From NCBI RefSeq assembly GCF_009914755.1, contig NC_060930.1: DNA of 64,000 nt; one strand, given 5' to 3'. Under the pieces are notes generated by a model. That model did no database searches. It was not told where the DNA came from and saw only the letters and a list, made by a program, of their open reading frames with translations. This stretch comes from the human T2T-CHM13v2.0 reference genome, Homo sapiens. Shown piece by piece: positions 14,087 to 31,173 of the stretch (positions are counted from its first letter, which is position 1; the number at the start of each line of letters is the position of its first letter). A program made the translations under genes and the position numbers.

Positions 14087-14629
14087 CTATGATATTTCTT
14101 TTAGACTAAATATATGGTTAGCTTTCTGTATTAGAATAAGTTGTATATGAAAATTACTATTTATCTAGAATTCAAATAACCAGACATTTTAACGAGATAT
14201 TTTTTTCCACAATACATCTGATGAGAAAACACAAAAAACAAAAACAATATCTTCTCTCGCAAGTCCATGGTTTCAGCAACCATGGAACCTTCCAGGTCGA
14301 TCTCCCTCAGCTTCTCAATACTCAACTTTCATATAAAGCAGTTCCTTCTCCTAGCTTTCCATGATATCATCTGTAGCATACTGAAGTTCAAAACTCTCCA
14401 TATTCCCATCCTGCACTCCTTTCCCCTTCTGTCTCTGCAGGCAATCTCCAGCAAAGCATGTTTTTGTTTTTGTTTTTGTTTTTTTTTTTTGGTGGTGGTG
14501 GGGGGGTTCTTACTGTATTTTTAATATACAATTCCTCGAAAAGTAAAGATGTGAAGCAACTTTACATGTTTAGCAATTTTACATGTTTAGTATTTGGCAT
14601 GTCTTTTACATGTAAAAGTATCTCTTCAT

Positions 14630-14811
14630 ATTTTTTAAATTTTAATTTTTTTTGAGTTGGAGTCTCGCTTTGTTGCCCAGGCTGGAGTGCAGTGGTGCGA
14701 TCTCGGCTCACCGCAACCTCTGCCTCCCGGGCTCAAGTAATTCTCCTGCCTTCAGCCTCCTGGGTAGCTGGGACTACAGGTGCTCGCCACCATGCCTGGC
14801 TAATTTCATGT
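14630..14811 (-). mobile_element. Alu right arm (partial)
   Basis: Alu sequence ending at the central linker and abutting L1. Confidence 0.88.
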
Positions 14812-15194
14812 TTTATCTTTTTTTATTTTTCTATAAGTTATTGGGGTACAGGTGGTATTTGGTTACATGAGTTAGTTCTTTAGTGGTGATTTGTGAGATT
14901 TTGGTGCACCCATCACCTGAGCAGTGTACACTGCATCATATTTGTAGTCTTTTATCCCTCGCCCCTCTCCCACTCTTCCCCTCAAATCCCCAAACTCCCC
15001 TGTATCATTCTTATGCCTTTCTGTCCTCATAGCTTAGCTCCCACATATCAGTGAGGACATACAACGTTTGATTTTCCATTCCTGAATTACTTCATTTAGA
15101 ACAATAGTCTCCAATCTCATGCAGGTCGCTGCAAATGCCGTTAATTCATTCCTTTTTATGGCTAAGTAGTATTCCACCACACACACACACACGC

Positions 15195-15234
<40 letters not shown>

Positions 15235-15525
15235 CATGGTTCCTTTATCCACTTGTTGACTGATGGACATTTGGGTTGGTTCCACGATTTTGCGATTGTG
15301 AACTGTGCCACTATAAACATGCATGTGCAAGTATCTTTTTCGTATAATGACTTATTTTCCTCTGGATAGATACCCAGGAGTGGGATTGTTGGATCAGATG
15401 GTAGTTCTACTTTTAGTTCTTTAAGGAATCTCCACACTGTTTTCCATAGTGGTTGTACTAGTTTACATTTCCACTAGCAATGTAAAAGTGTTCCCTGTTG
15501 ACCGCATCCACACCAACATCTACTG
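14812..15525 (-). mobile_element. L1PB 3' end (ORF2 C-terminus plus 3'UTR)
   Basis: ORF 15162-15437 [24 protein letters not shown]...WNQPKCPS is the L1 ORF2 C-terminus. The L1PB-type UTR ggggtacaggtggtatttggttacatgag is present. Confidence 0.92.
15176..15233. repeat. (CA)n microsatellite within L1
   Basis: About 28 dinucleotide units with CG interruptions. Confidence 0.95.
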
Positions 15526-15572
15526 GTATGAAATCATTAATTCACTTTTACATGAATTAACTTTCTGTATAG

Positions 15573-15963
<391 letters not shown>

Positions 15964-16026
15964 TAACTGCTGTTTTTCATGCCCATTACCACCACTTGTG
16001 TTCCAGCTGTTATTATCAAATGTGTA

Positions 16027-16335
16027 GAGCAATGTTCCCCAAAGTGTGTTCTAAGGAACCAGAGTTTCATGAGCTACTCCATGAAAAAAGACCAAATCAT
16101 GTTGGAAGTGGTGCACGTTTTATCCTATTTGAGATTCTCAATGAAATTCTCAATATTAAAGGCTCTAAAAAGTCTTCCAGAGACTTTTCAGAAATGAAGT
16201 CCAGGAAAGAAGCCTATTTGATTGTTTAACATTTTATTTCCCCAATTCATTTTGGTGAGGAGACCCTTTTTGGACTAACACTTATTAACATGCCTTGGAA
16301 CTACTACTTCTCAGCATATCCCTTAGCAAATGCAG
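16027..16335. mobile_element. Old hAT-Charlie non-autonomous element (MER102/MER113-like)
   Basis: Terminus caatgttccccaaagtgtgttc and internal aaggctctaaaaagtc. Confidence 0.5.
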
Positions 16336-16832
16336 CCCAGGTGACTCAGCAGCTACCTTCCTGGGCTCACTGCTATTGCCCTTTATCTCTTGCAGTCCAA
16401 ACAGCAAATTACAAACCTCCCATGGGCAGGATCCTTCAATGCTTAATCACTTCCAAGAGATCTTAAGCACTGAGCATACAGAACCCATGCTCTTTGGCCT
16501 GGCATTTGAGACTAGCCACAATAGGCCCTCCCAGCCTATTAACCCCAAATTCCTCATGCTCCAGTGGAACTTGTCCTTACCTCAGAATTACTAAGTATAA
16601 TTTCATCTCTGTCCTTGTTCTCTCCTTCATTTCCACCCTTCAAAATACGTCATACCCCTTAAGGCCCAGTTCGATACATTTTTCCTCCCAGAAGCATTCT
16701 TGGTTAAATCCAAAGGAATCATCTTTTCTTTCTCTGAAACCTTACAACACTGTTTAGTCCTTTTTTATGGCTCCTATCTCAATTATTTTATTTTTCATTT
16801 ATCATGTATATGATCTGTGTGTGTGAGACAGC

Positions 16833-17171
<339 letters not shown>

Positions 17172-18134
17172 TAGACTAAGTTCCCTGAAAGCAGGATCCA
17201 TATCGAATTCATCTTTGAAGCCTGCAATGTTTATAGTAGTCACTTTATAATTACTTATTGATGTACTTAATGGCATTAAGATCTCGCAGGGAAACAGGCA
17301 TTTTTTTACATTATAAAAGACTAGTAAGTTATACGCAATGTTCTCTCTCTCTTGCCAAAAAAAAAAAAAAAAAAAAGACTAAGTTATGTTCTGAATAGTT
17401 TCAGCACTATATATACTTTATTTTAATGTTTTTAAAACTGATTTAGGTATATATGATGTACTCAACTTACATCATCAACCCGAGATCCAAATTCAATTTT
17501 GTTACTTAAACAAACATTCACTCTGGTTTTATAATAACCAAGTTTCAAATGAACAGTTATGAAACAATAGTTTCAGCCAAGAGAATGTGGAATATTTACT
17601 GCATTCAAGGGCTCTTCCAATGACTCTAGAGACCGACCACACAGGCGTAATCCAGTTAATCTTCCTGCCTCTGGGTAGGACTGAACTTCAACACTTCTAA
17701 GAGATGATGATCTATCTTGTTTTTAAACATCTCCAGAAAAGGAGATTCCACAAACTCCCTTTAATGGCATCTTATAATACTTAACTTTTATTTCCAGGAC
17801 ATTTCCCTTTTCTTTTGACCTAAGTCAACTCTCCTTACTTTAAACAGCCAATAGAGGCTATTTTCCTTTCTTTTCTTTTCTTTTTGTTTTTTTTGAAGTA
17901 TCTTTACCGCTCTCCTTCTTATATCCCGGGCACTGTGCCCAAGCTTGATCCATGGTGAATTTCAGTGACATGCGTCATCCTAAATATTAAGAAAAAAAAA
18001 ATCCTCCCACCAAGAACCTTTGGTTTTCAACCTCATTCTGTGCTGCTTTCAATAACTTCTGGTTTCTGCACTAAAAAAATTTGCAGTCAGTATTTACTGA
18101 GCATGACTACAAATCAGGCCTAGTAGTAGCCATC

Positions 18135-18520
18135 TAATTCATTAATTCACTTATCCATTCACAAATATTTATTGAGTACCTATTGTGTGCTAAGCGCTAG
18201 AATTATAGCAGTCAAAAAACATGCAAAGACTCGTGGAGCTCATGAGTATCCTATTACTTGCATTATCTGTAGTAATACTTATATTATTCATGTCCCTTAT
18301 GAAGCTCCCAGTGAGGTGAAGGGAGAGAAGCAATATGCAAGCAACCAATAAACACATATGACGCCAGGAGGTAATCAGTGACACAAAAATGTAACAGCAA
18401 GGGGGCACTGGAAAAAACTGGAGCAGGTCCTATGAAAGCCTGTGGAAAAGCATGACAGCCAGCTGGAATAGCAGGTGCAAAGGCACTGGGGCAGAGAGTG
18501 CCTGTGTGTTCAAGGACTGT
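18135..18520 (-). mobile_element. L2 3' end
   Basis: cattcacaaatatttattgagtacctattgtgtgctaagc is the L2 terminus. Confidence 0.78.
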
Positions 18521-18644
18521 GTTTTGAACACAGTTATTGTTATATATAGTGGAATAATCATTTATTCACTTCTTCAGTTATTGCTATATGTAGTGGAATA
18601 ATAATTTATTTTCTACATGTTAATTTTTCATGCCTACCTCTAAC

Positions 18645-18793
18645 TTTTTTTTTTTTTTTCATTTTTGTTTTCTTTATAGAGACAGGGTCATGTTGTGTTG
18701 CCAAGGCTGGTCTTAACTTCTGGGATCAAGCGATCCTCCTGTCTTGGCTTCCCAAAGTGTGGTATTACAGGCATGAGCCACTGCATCCAGGTC
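18645..18793 (-). mobile_element. FLAM/Alu monomer
   Basis: Left-arm monomer with T tail. Confidence 0.85.
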
Positions 18794-20164
18794 AAACTTA
18801 ATTTAACAATTTGCTATTCTTCAAATAAAGTTAGAAAGCTAGACATTTACATTCATAGTAATGCTACTTAAAATAAAAGAGATCTACCCCAAATTTTGAG
18901 GGTCTACCTGTCAGTAAGAATTATTCCAAAGTCTGTGAAAACTTCTAACAATCAAAGAGTTAATCATTTAAAGTTGTTTTTGCCAATAAAAGGGCACGAG
19001 ACCATTTTCATTTTAAGCATTTGCCCCCTAGAATTCAGACAAATATTAAAACCCTGCAGATGAAAAGAGTCCTAACAATACTGATAGATACAACTGTTCT
19101 TTGCTTGCCAAAGAGCAGCACCCTTTGAACTGCATTATGTCTTGAATTTCAAAATCTCTGATCACAGGCATTTTAGAATGGTGATACCTCAAACCAGTCA
19201 TGGAGTATAGGTTGTTATTTTATTAAACATTTACTAGGAAGAAAGCTGAAGTCCAGAAATCTACATGATTTCCCTAAAACTCAAAGCAAGTGAATAGAAA
19301 AATTTTTGTTGTATTCTTTTCTCAGCTGGAAGTGATCTCCCAATCCCCTTTCCCTCCTATGAAATTTTACAGCAGTTTGTAGCTCCCTTGACACTGATTT
19401 ACATACGGTCCTGTTTTATGCCTTGGTTCTTCTGTGTGGGTCTTACTTCCAAATCTAAATGGTGAGCTCCATGGCAGCAGGAACTATGTTCCATGCACCC
19501 CATAGTGCCTGTTTCAGTATTTCATACAGGGCAGGCACTGTATGTAATATTTTTTCAATTAATAAACATATTACCAGGGGAAGGAGTTGGAACACAGACA
19601 AGAGCATGGAGTGGATGTAAGAACTATTATGAGTAAGCAGAGGTTCAAGCTGCAGGATATATTTTTAGATGTTTCATTACTTTCACATGCATGGTTTGGG
19701 GGAACTTGATTCCTGCAATGGTCAAATAAGGATTCGGTCACTAGATGAGCACTGGGGTCCCCTTCAGCATCATTATTCCATGGTTCAGGTGGATAAACAA
19801 GCAAGGGCATATCATGCACAATTTGTAGTCTGCACAGAAATTAGAACATTTATTTGTTTGACTGTCACTAGAAAAATTATGGCCGTTACTAATGCAGTTT
19901 TAAAGATGTTTAAATTAATTCCTTTGTCATGTCCTTGACATTTCCCTTGCAATCTCTTGTTAGTTCCATAAACTATTTACAAACTATTACCCTTCCTTTC
20001 ATGCCAAAATGTAATTATATGAATAACACAAGGTTTGTTACAAAAGGAGACATGCTTTTCTTAGGTCTTTACAGTAGTTTTGATTTTCCCATACAAAATA
20101 CATTGACATTTCAAAAGGGAGAAAACCAATTTCTCAAGACTTATTCCTTGGAAACTGACTACTT

Positions 20165-20468
20165 TGTTTTTTTCTAATTTTTTAAAAACTTTATTTTAGA
20201 GAGAGGGTCTTGCTCTGTCACCTAGGCTGGAATGCAGTGGCATGGTCATAGCTCACTGCAGCCTCAACCTCCCAGCTCAAGCGATCCTCCCAAGAGTAGC
20301 TGGGACTACAGGCGCATGCCACCATGCCCAGCTAATTGTTATTTTTTGTAGAGATGGGGGCTCGCTGTGTTGCCCAAGCTAGTCTCGAATTCTCCTAGCC
20401 TCAAGTGATCTTCCTGCTTTGGCTTCCCAAAGTGCTGGGATTACAGTTATGAACCACCATGGCTGGCC
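20165..20468 (-). mobile_element. AluJ
   Basis: Dimeric Alu, antisense. Confidence 0.92.
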
Positions 20469-20484
20469 AGAAACCGATGACTGA

Positions 20485-21117
<633 letters not shown>

Positions 21118-21670
21118 CAGCAGACTTCTTAATGCATACAGCTGAGTAAAACAACAAAATGCCAACCAAGTATAAATTTTACATTTTATCAATAAGAACC
21201 AACATTGTGAGAACATTTTTTTTGCAAAGGCATTCATAGCTTTTCAACGGAAAAAACAGCCAAAAGCATAGATGTTTTGTAGTCGTTTTTGAAATCTGAA
21301 AGCTATTGCCTTCACTGTTTTCAACAAAATTTGACTCCACCTTCTCAGAATCCCACTCCTTCCTCTTAGTTTGCAACTTATAAAACTCATACCAGGATTT
21401 AATTCCCTTCAGCTTGTGGTACATCTGCTCCACCTTTATCAGGCTCTTAAAAATGTTAGCTTTGCATTTTTGTGAACCACTGAACATCTAATAAAGTTAC
21501 TAAAGCTGTTTTTAATAAGGCAAATGTGTTGAGAGATATATATAATCTGAGGTAATGAAGTTCCATGACTTACGAATAGGATGTAGTACAGTTAAACTCC
21601 ACTTTTACTTAAAAGTCATCTCTGATGGCATTTCAGCAAAAGTCAATTTACAGTTAAAAAAAAAAAAAAA

Positions 21671-22446
<776 letters not shown>

Positions 22447-22778
22447 TTACCTTTTTCAATTTTAGGGGCTACAGGGAACTCAAGTATGTACTAGGCATGT
22501 TTGTATCCTCTTGCTTACAGTCTAGTTAAAAAGGCAAAACACAAAACAAGTATTCTTTTTCTAAGAAAAGTAATTTTTTTCCCTAAAATCATTTTAATAC
22601 CTCTCAGAAACCCTCCTCAGACACAAAGTGATTAATATTTATTATGTCAAGATAATTTAATTTTATGTAAAGAAATATTTCTGGACATATACATCAGATT
22701 TTTGCAAAGTGAGCCAAAACCTACCCCCTTTTAATTTGTTTCCTTTTAATGTCATCTCAAATGTCACTCCTTTATAAA

Positions 22779-23073
22779 TTTTTTTTTTTTTTTGATGGAG
22801 TCTTGCTCTGTCGCCCAGGCTGGAGCGTAGTGGCATGATCTCAGCTCAGCACAACCTCTGCCTCCCAGGTTCGAGCGATTCCCTTGCCTCAGCCTCCTGA
22901 GTAGCTGGGACTACAGCTGCCCACTACCACGCCTGGCTAATTTTTGTATTTTTAGTAGAGATGGAGTTTCACCATGCTGGCCATGCTGGTCTTGAACTTC
23001 TGACCTCAAGTGATTTGCCTACCTTGGCCTCCCAAAGTGCTGGGATTAAAGGCGTGCGGCACGGCACCCGGCC
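22779..23073 (-). mobile_element. AluS
   Basis: Full length; TSD ttataaa. Confidence 0.94.
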
Positions 23074-23279
23074 TGCTTATAAAACTTTTAAGGATACTAT
23101 TTCTCATTATCCTGAATTTCCATATCTGTCTAATCAGATTCTGTATGTGTGTATATATATGTATACATCTATTTATATACAATTCCCTTTGTTCTGCTAC
23201 AATATTAATTCTTAGAGGATAAAGCCTTGGTTTCCCTAATCTTTTCATTACCAAAAATACTCGGCGAATTTACATTTTA

Positions 23280-23590
<311 letters not shown>

Positions 23591-23981
23591 GGCAACTTCC
23601 TGGTGAACTAACTACCTCTTAATCAATCATGTAAATCTGTTTTCACATGTGACATCTGCTTAAAATAGCACAGATCAGTCAGTGTAAATCCTTCAGTGGC
23701 ACAGCCAGGATAGCAGCACCCCAACGATACTTTGCCAAAGCCTCCATTTTTACTTCAACTGCCACAGTAACAGACTGGTGTCACCCTACAGGCATTATTT
23801 TTGTGTTTACTGGATTCCCACTGCTTTCCCAAAAAGACATAAGAAATGACCCTATTCATCTGTATATTACGTCAATGGTCAGCCAACTTCTCAGCTCTGA
23901 GAGATTCCACCAATGATCAAGAAATCCTTTGGGTATATTTAACACAGTGAGATGTCTAGGGAAAAGAAGAAGGAAGGGGAG

Positions 23982-24150
23982 AGCCAGGTGCAATGGTATG
24001 CACCTGCAGTCCCAGCTGCTTGTGAGGCTGAGGTGGGAGGATCACTTGAGCCTGGGAGTTTGAGGCTGCAATGAGCTATGATCACACCTGTGAATAGCCA
24101 CTGCACTCCAGCCTGGACAACCTAGTGAGATCCCATTGCTAAAAGGAAAT
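23982..24150 (+). mobile_element. Alu monomer (FRAM/FAM-like)
   Basis: Single arm containing cctgtgaatagccactgcactccagcc. Confidence 0.85.
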
Positions 24151-26926
24151 AATAATATTAACAAAAAAAGAGAAGGAAATCATAATAATAACAAAAAAAG
24201 AGAAAGGAATGTAGAACTATGAGGGAATTTCTCCTTCCTGTAATTCTCTGCCTTTCCTCACCTTGCCTCCCTGCCCAGTGAAGTACAACTCACACTACTC
24301 AAGACCTGCTCAAATGTCACCTCCTCCAATGTTTTCTCAACTTCCTCCCTATAATTATTGCCTCCTCTGGGCTGTCTTAGCCAACAGCTCTCCCTCTCTA
24401 ACACACACTCATCTACCTAAGTAACTGCACATTTTACATTAATTTGGGATTGTGGTAACATAAATGGAATACCTACTAAGATAATGCTTGGCACACAGTG
24501 AAATTCAGTCTATGGCAGCTACTGTTATCAATATTATCATTATGTACTGATGGACTTCGCTCCCCCATTAATAGCATAGCTACTGCTGTAGAGCGTTTGT
24601 TATGTACCAGGCACCAACCTAAATACTTTATATTCTCACCAAGCTGGAAGGTTTTCTGAGCCAGGGACTGTGCTAACTCATCTTTATTCTCTCTAGGTAC
24701 AGGATAGTGTAGATGGGTACTCAGTATTTGCTGAATTAAATAGAAAGAGAAGTGAAAAGGCAAAAAAGGCCATGTGTGTGGGAGTTGCTACAGACTGTTT
24801 GGTTCTGTGTCAAAAATATCAATGCAAAACACACTACTTCCTAGCGCCCAAATCTAAAACCAAAAGGGCTTCCCTTGGGGAAAAAAGTCTGCTCTATGTG
24901 GACTTGCTTTGCTTTGTATGAAGGAGTGTGTCCTCTCCTCTACACTGCCTTCTTCCTCTCTTTGTACAATTAATCCGCTGTTCACATCTGCAGACCCAGC
25001 TGCCATTAACAGCCTGTTCTGCCACTATCTACTTTGAAAACTGAGCCCCAGAGCTCTCTGAAAAGCCCCATTTCTCCAGTTTTAGGAACATTAGCTTGCC
25101 AATGTCCTGTTTTGTGGTTTTCAACTTTGTCAATTTGAAAGACTACAATTAATATGAAAGCGACACTTCAAATGTGTTCACATTTCACCACACCATGTTA
25201 TGAGCACTGAGTCATACCAAGTAAAGTTCTAGATTTCACTTCATGTTCAAATTTTTCTTTTAATGCCAAGTTTCAATGCTTTTCTCTTTTTCATCTTTCT
25301 CCTGATATCAAAGTTGTGAAGATTCATAAAAAAAAAAAAGGAAGAGTTAAACTTCATTCATCTCAGAGGAACTGGACTGAAATTGAAAGGAAACCCCAGC
25401 ACCAAGAGCCTGTGTGATCACAGAACTGCCTTCACTACTGCTTTTCTAAAAGCAGCTCTGCCAGGAGGAACTCCAGCATGTATCTGAACACATCTCCTAA
25501 GGAATGCTAGAGTCATCACCCTTATTACTGGTGAGTTTTATTGACAGATCTACCTTCCCATTTAAACATATGTCAAGTAACAGCTGTCTTTTGGCAATGT
25601 AATTAATCATTTCCTTTACATATGCCTATAGATACATACCAAATAATGTCTTGCATTACAGTCGGCATGGACTGATTGTGAAGATGTGAAAGCCTCTTAA
25701 AGATTCAAAGCCAACAGCATTTGCTGCACATCTACAAGGCATTGTCCCTGATCTCAGGGAATGCACGGTCTGTTCTAGAAAACAACTATCCTTGGAAAAT
25801 ACTACTCTGCATTGCAGTTCAAATTTCTATGGATGCAAGGAGAAGGTATCTCTACAAAGAGCTAATTCATGCTTTCATTCATTTAATGAATAAATCTGAA
25901 AACAGGAAATCATCCTCCCAAAACCCAGACCAATATTATAACAGCACAGAGCTTCCATTTAACACTGCACACATAAACTAGTGGTGCATAAGCAATGAAG
26001 CACTAATTCAGTTCTAACTCTTTCAAATACTCTACTCATTTCATATTTAATCCTCTATCATTCATTTTCAAAATCCGCTTCACTGGTGGCTGAGGAGTGG
26101 GGGTCGGAGTGTCACAAATGCACAATCTGTGGTATTTCCAGTTCTTTCATATCCTGATCACTTCTCAAAAAACCTAGCCACCCAAATAACTTCTTCAACA
26201 GCACATTCAAAGGTGATGTGGATATTTTCAAACACAGAATACTTCTTCTTCAATAAAAACAGTCCAAAAGATAAGTTGCAAATGTCTAAGCATCTGCTAT
26301 CAGATCCTATCTGCTATCTCTGATAAATGATTATTGTTACTCATAAAAATGAGAAGAAAAATAAAACCTAGATTAAATCTGAGTCATGCTAATATCACCC
26401 ACCATGAGCAATCTCTGGGTCTGGCTCAGAACTTCTGGACCAAGACCTCATTTCTTGTGCCTATCTCTCCAGTCCCCTCTGCCTCACTGCACCATGCCAG
26501 GTACATAGAGCCACAGAGAGGAGAATGCTAGGCTGACTCCATGGCCCCAGGTCACCAAAGCTAAAGGACCTGAGGCAGTCCAGGGGTTGCAAACATTTAC
26601 TCCCAGTTAAGTTACGCTGCAAAGGACTGATGAAGAGTTCACACTGCTGCGGCTGACTCGGGCCAAGTGGGAGCCAAGAGACTCCCTGGTCCAGAAGGCT
26701 TTCACTATTCTAGACAGGGAGATGGATCAACACCAAGAGACAAGGGAGATGGATATCTTTTCTTCCTGGGGCCTATACTCCATGTGACCTGGTACTCCGT
26801 CAGTGGTACTGTAGACATCTAAAGGCACAGAGTTCCAGTGAGAACATTTGGTTCTGAACAAAGTCGGGCAGAAGGAAAGGGGAGAGTAGAACCTGTAGGA
26901 ATTTCAAGATAGAAACACACAGCACT

Positions 26927-27060
26927 TCACTTGAACCCGGGAGGTGGAGGTTGCAGTGAGTTAAGATCATGCCATTGCACTCCAGCCTGGGCAACAAGGG
27001 CGAAACTCCATCTCAAAACAACAACAACAACCACAACTACTAACAACCACCACCACCACC
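26927..27060 (+). mobile_element. 5'-truncated Alu with (ACA)/(CCA) tail
   Basis: Right-arm 3' half only. Confidence 0.9.
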
Positions 27061-27156
27061 CTATGTTTCTGAGGATTGTTTTGTTGTCGTTGTTAAAAAG
27101 AGGAAAAAAAAAAAAGTCTTGGGAAATTTTTAGAAGGATGATTTATAATGACAAAG

Positions 27157-27596
27157 TGTGGTATATTGCATTACTGTTCCAAATGATTCCTGGCCCTCCT
27201 GGTAAGGGAATTACACATCCCTGCCTATTGCCACATGACATGCAGTGCCTGTAGTAGGAAGGAATACAATTCCTCACCATACTGACATCAGGCTTAGCTG
27301 TGTGACTTGCTTTGGCCAATTAAGTATGAACAAAGTGACATATGGCCAGTCTGGGCAACAGCTTTAAGAAGCCACTGCACAGTTCTCTTTCTTTGTTCCC
27401 CTCTGTCACAGTATTAGCAAGTCCCAGATAGGGGTTGTTCCTTCAATCTGGAGCCCAGATTGAAGTCATATGGTATACAGCCACAGGGAACCTCGGCTGA
27501 CATGTAACATCAGGGAAATATATTTTCGTTGTTTCTAGCCATTGAACATTTAAGGTTGTTACTGTTGCATCACGGAGCATAAGCAGGTTCACACAC
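27157..27596 (+). mobile_element. MLT1 (ERVL-MaLR) solo LTR
   Basis: Starts tgtgg, contains the diagnostic tgtgacttgctttggccaat, ends ...aca. Confidence 0.8.
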
Positions 27597-27843
27597 AAGG
27601 CAGTTCCTTTAAAATGAACCTAGATTATTATCCACCCTACATTCTATACTTATCAATTATCTTCTATCTTGCAGCCGTATGAATTTCTTGCAAGCACAGT
27701 TCTGATCATGTAGCTTTTCTATATAAAGATCCTAAATGATCTTCATAGCCTACCAGATTAAGTCCAGACTCCCAATGCTCTATAAACTACATTCTCCCAG
27801 TTTTTTAAAACACGATCTTCCTTTCATGTACTCTACACTTTAA

Positions 27844-28297
<454 letters not shown>

Positions 28298-28674
28298 TAG
28301 CTATGAAGCCTTCTTCCTCAGAAGACACAAGACACAAAGTACTGAAGTAGTGAATGATGATGTTACCATAATCTATTTTCCACTACTTAGATTATAGTAT
28401 ATCTAATCTTCCTTATCATGTTATGAATTCTAGAAAACAAAAACTACTAGTTTAGTCACTCTTGAGCCTAGGAAACAATTCCTAGGAAAAACGTATAGTG
28501 AGAAGGTTATGCTGTCATTGAGTTCATGCAGCTGCAACACTCCTGGACCCAGATATAAAAGTAAAAATGTAAAAGATCAAGGTAGGTCTGCTGCATTTGA
28601 CTGGGTAATGAAACAAGCAAAAGCCTTAGGAAGTATACTGGTGTTCAGTACTAAGCCATGGGTTTGATCTGAAA

Positions 28675-29253
<579 letters not shown>

Positions 29254-29866
29254 GTCTAGAACTCACCTCATTGAGGCCAAATGCTTAGTAGCAAAACAGT
29301 AGAGGCAACAGAAAATGAAGGCAGTCACAGATTGTGAAGCTAGACTAAATAAAGTTGCATTTCAGATGGCATAAGCTGTACCTAATAAGGTTTCCCCCTT
29401 ACTTTTTCTGAGCAATTTTCATAAAGGCAGGTTTTTGGTATGTATCTGTGTGCTTCTTCAAATGACTCAGTTTCAAAAAGTAACAGTTTTGTTTTGTTAT
29501 AATGTAGTCAATTTCTTCAGCTTACAATTTTGCCAAAAACTTATAAACATAGAAGTGAGATCAAACACCTTGAAGTTCAGTAACCTAACTCATAAATAAA
29601 ACAAAAAACACCGAAAGTGAATTTAATTCACAAGCTCTAACACTCAAATAAACCGTACATGAAATTATAAGATACTAAACAAAACAATTGTGAGTTTAAA
29701 ATGAGCAAACTGAGTAAAAAAGAATATGATCCTACACAAAGTGATTTTTCAGTTATTTATATGTTTTCCCTCAGATTCTTTCTTCTTACTCTTTCCTTAT
29801 ATCTTGGCACATAAAATCCAATACATAGAAAAACTCATTTACAATCATATGATGTCAAAGAAAATA

Positions 29867-29940
29867 CACTTGTCCCTCTGTATCCTTGGAGACTGGTTCC
29901 AGGAGCCCCTGAGGACACCAAAATCCACAGATGCTGAGAT
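29867..29940 (+). mobile_element. MER2/MER8-type Tigger terminal fragment
   Basis: tgtccctctgtatcc...tggttccaggagcccc...accaaaatccacagatgct. Confidence 0.7.
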
Positions 29941-30084
29941 CATCCTGGACTGTACCTGACTGGCAATCAGGAGGCCTAGACTGTAGCCAAGCTCTCCCCC
30001 TGGACGGTTTAGCCAATTAAGCATCAGTCTCCTTGGTCTTGAATAAAAAGATTTAAATCATCTAAGTTTAAAAATCTCTCTTAG

Positions 30085-30440
<356 letters not shown>

Positions 30441-30837
30441 CTAACTTGGGACATAGAAGGTTCTGAATAAATCTTGAGGGACAGAAGAAGAAAATGAAAA
30501 AAAGGAGGAAGAATTCTTTTTTTATTCCTGTGTGTGTTTCAATGTGGCTCCTCAGGAAGGAAAGAAACTTGACCCAGATAAGACAAAACCATGACAAGTG
30601 AGGGGTCTTGGAACATGCCAGATATTCTGAGGCCACCTGGGGATGCAGAAACTGGGCTTCTGCAGGCAGAGCTGCTTTGACTGAGGACACTTCCCTGTAC
30701 CTATCAATAGAGCATACATAATGGCATAATTAGGTAGTGATTCTCCACACAAGTGTCGTCTTCCTCTGCACCACCTCCTGCCAAAATCCAAAGTTAATCA
30801 GAAGGTGGCTAAACTAACAAGCACTTTCCCCCTTCTC

Positions 30838-31004
30838 CTTCTTCTTTTTTTTTTTTCAAAGAGACAAGGTCTTGCTGTCACCCAGGCTAGAGTGCAGTGG
30901 CACAATCATACCTCAGTGAAGCCACAGACTCCTGGGCTCAAGCGATCTTCCCACCTCAGCTTCCCAGGCAGCTGGGACTACAGGGACATGTTACTATGCC
31001 CAGC

Positions 31005-31036
<32 letters not shown>

Positions 31037-31173
31037 TTATTATTACTATTGTTATTGTTAAAGACAAGGTCTCCTTATGTTGCCCAGGCTGGTCTCAAAC
31101 TCCTGGCCTCAAGCAATCCTCCTGCCTCAGCCTCCCAAAGTGCTGTGATTACAGGCATGAGCTACCACACCCA
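30838..31173 (-). mobile_element. AluJ with (AAT)n expansion in the linker
   Basis: Alu arms separated by (aat)10 and tta-type repeats. Confidence 0.92.

Noticed and set aside
21179-21487. 102-aa non-Alu ORF on the sense strand starting right after an AG
   Set aside because: Poor pyrimidine tract, no recognisable homology and no nearby poly(A) signal. The length is compatible with chance.
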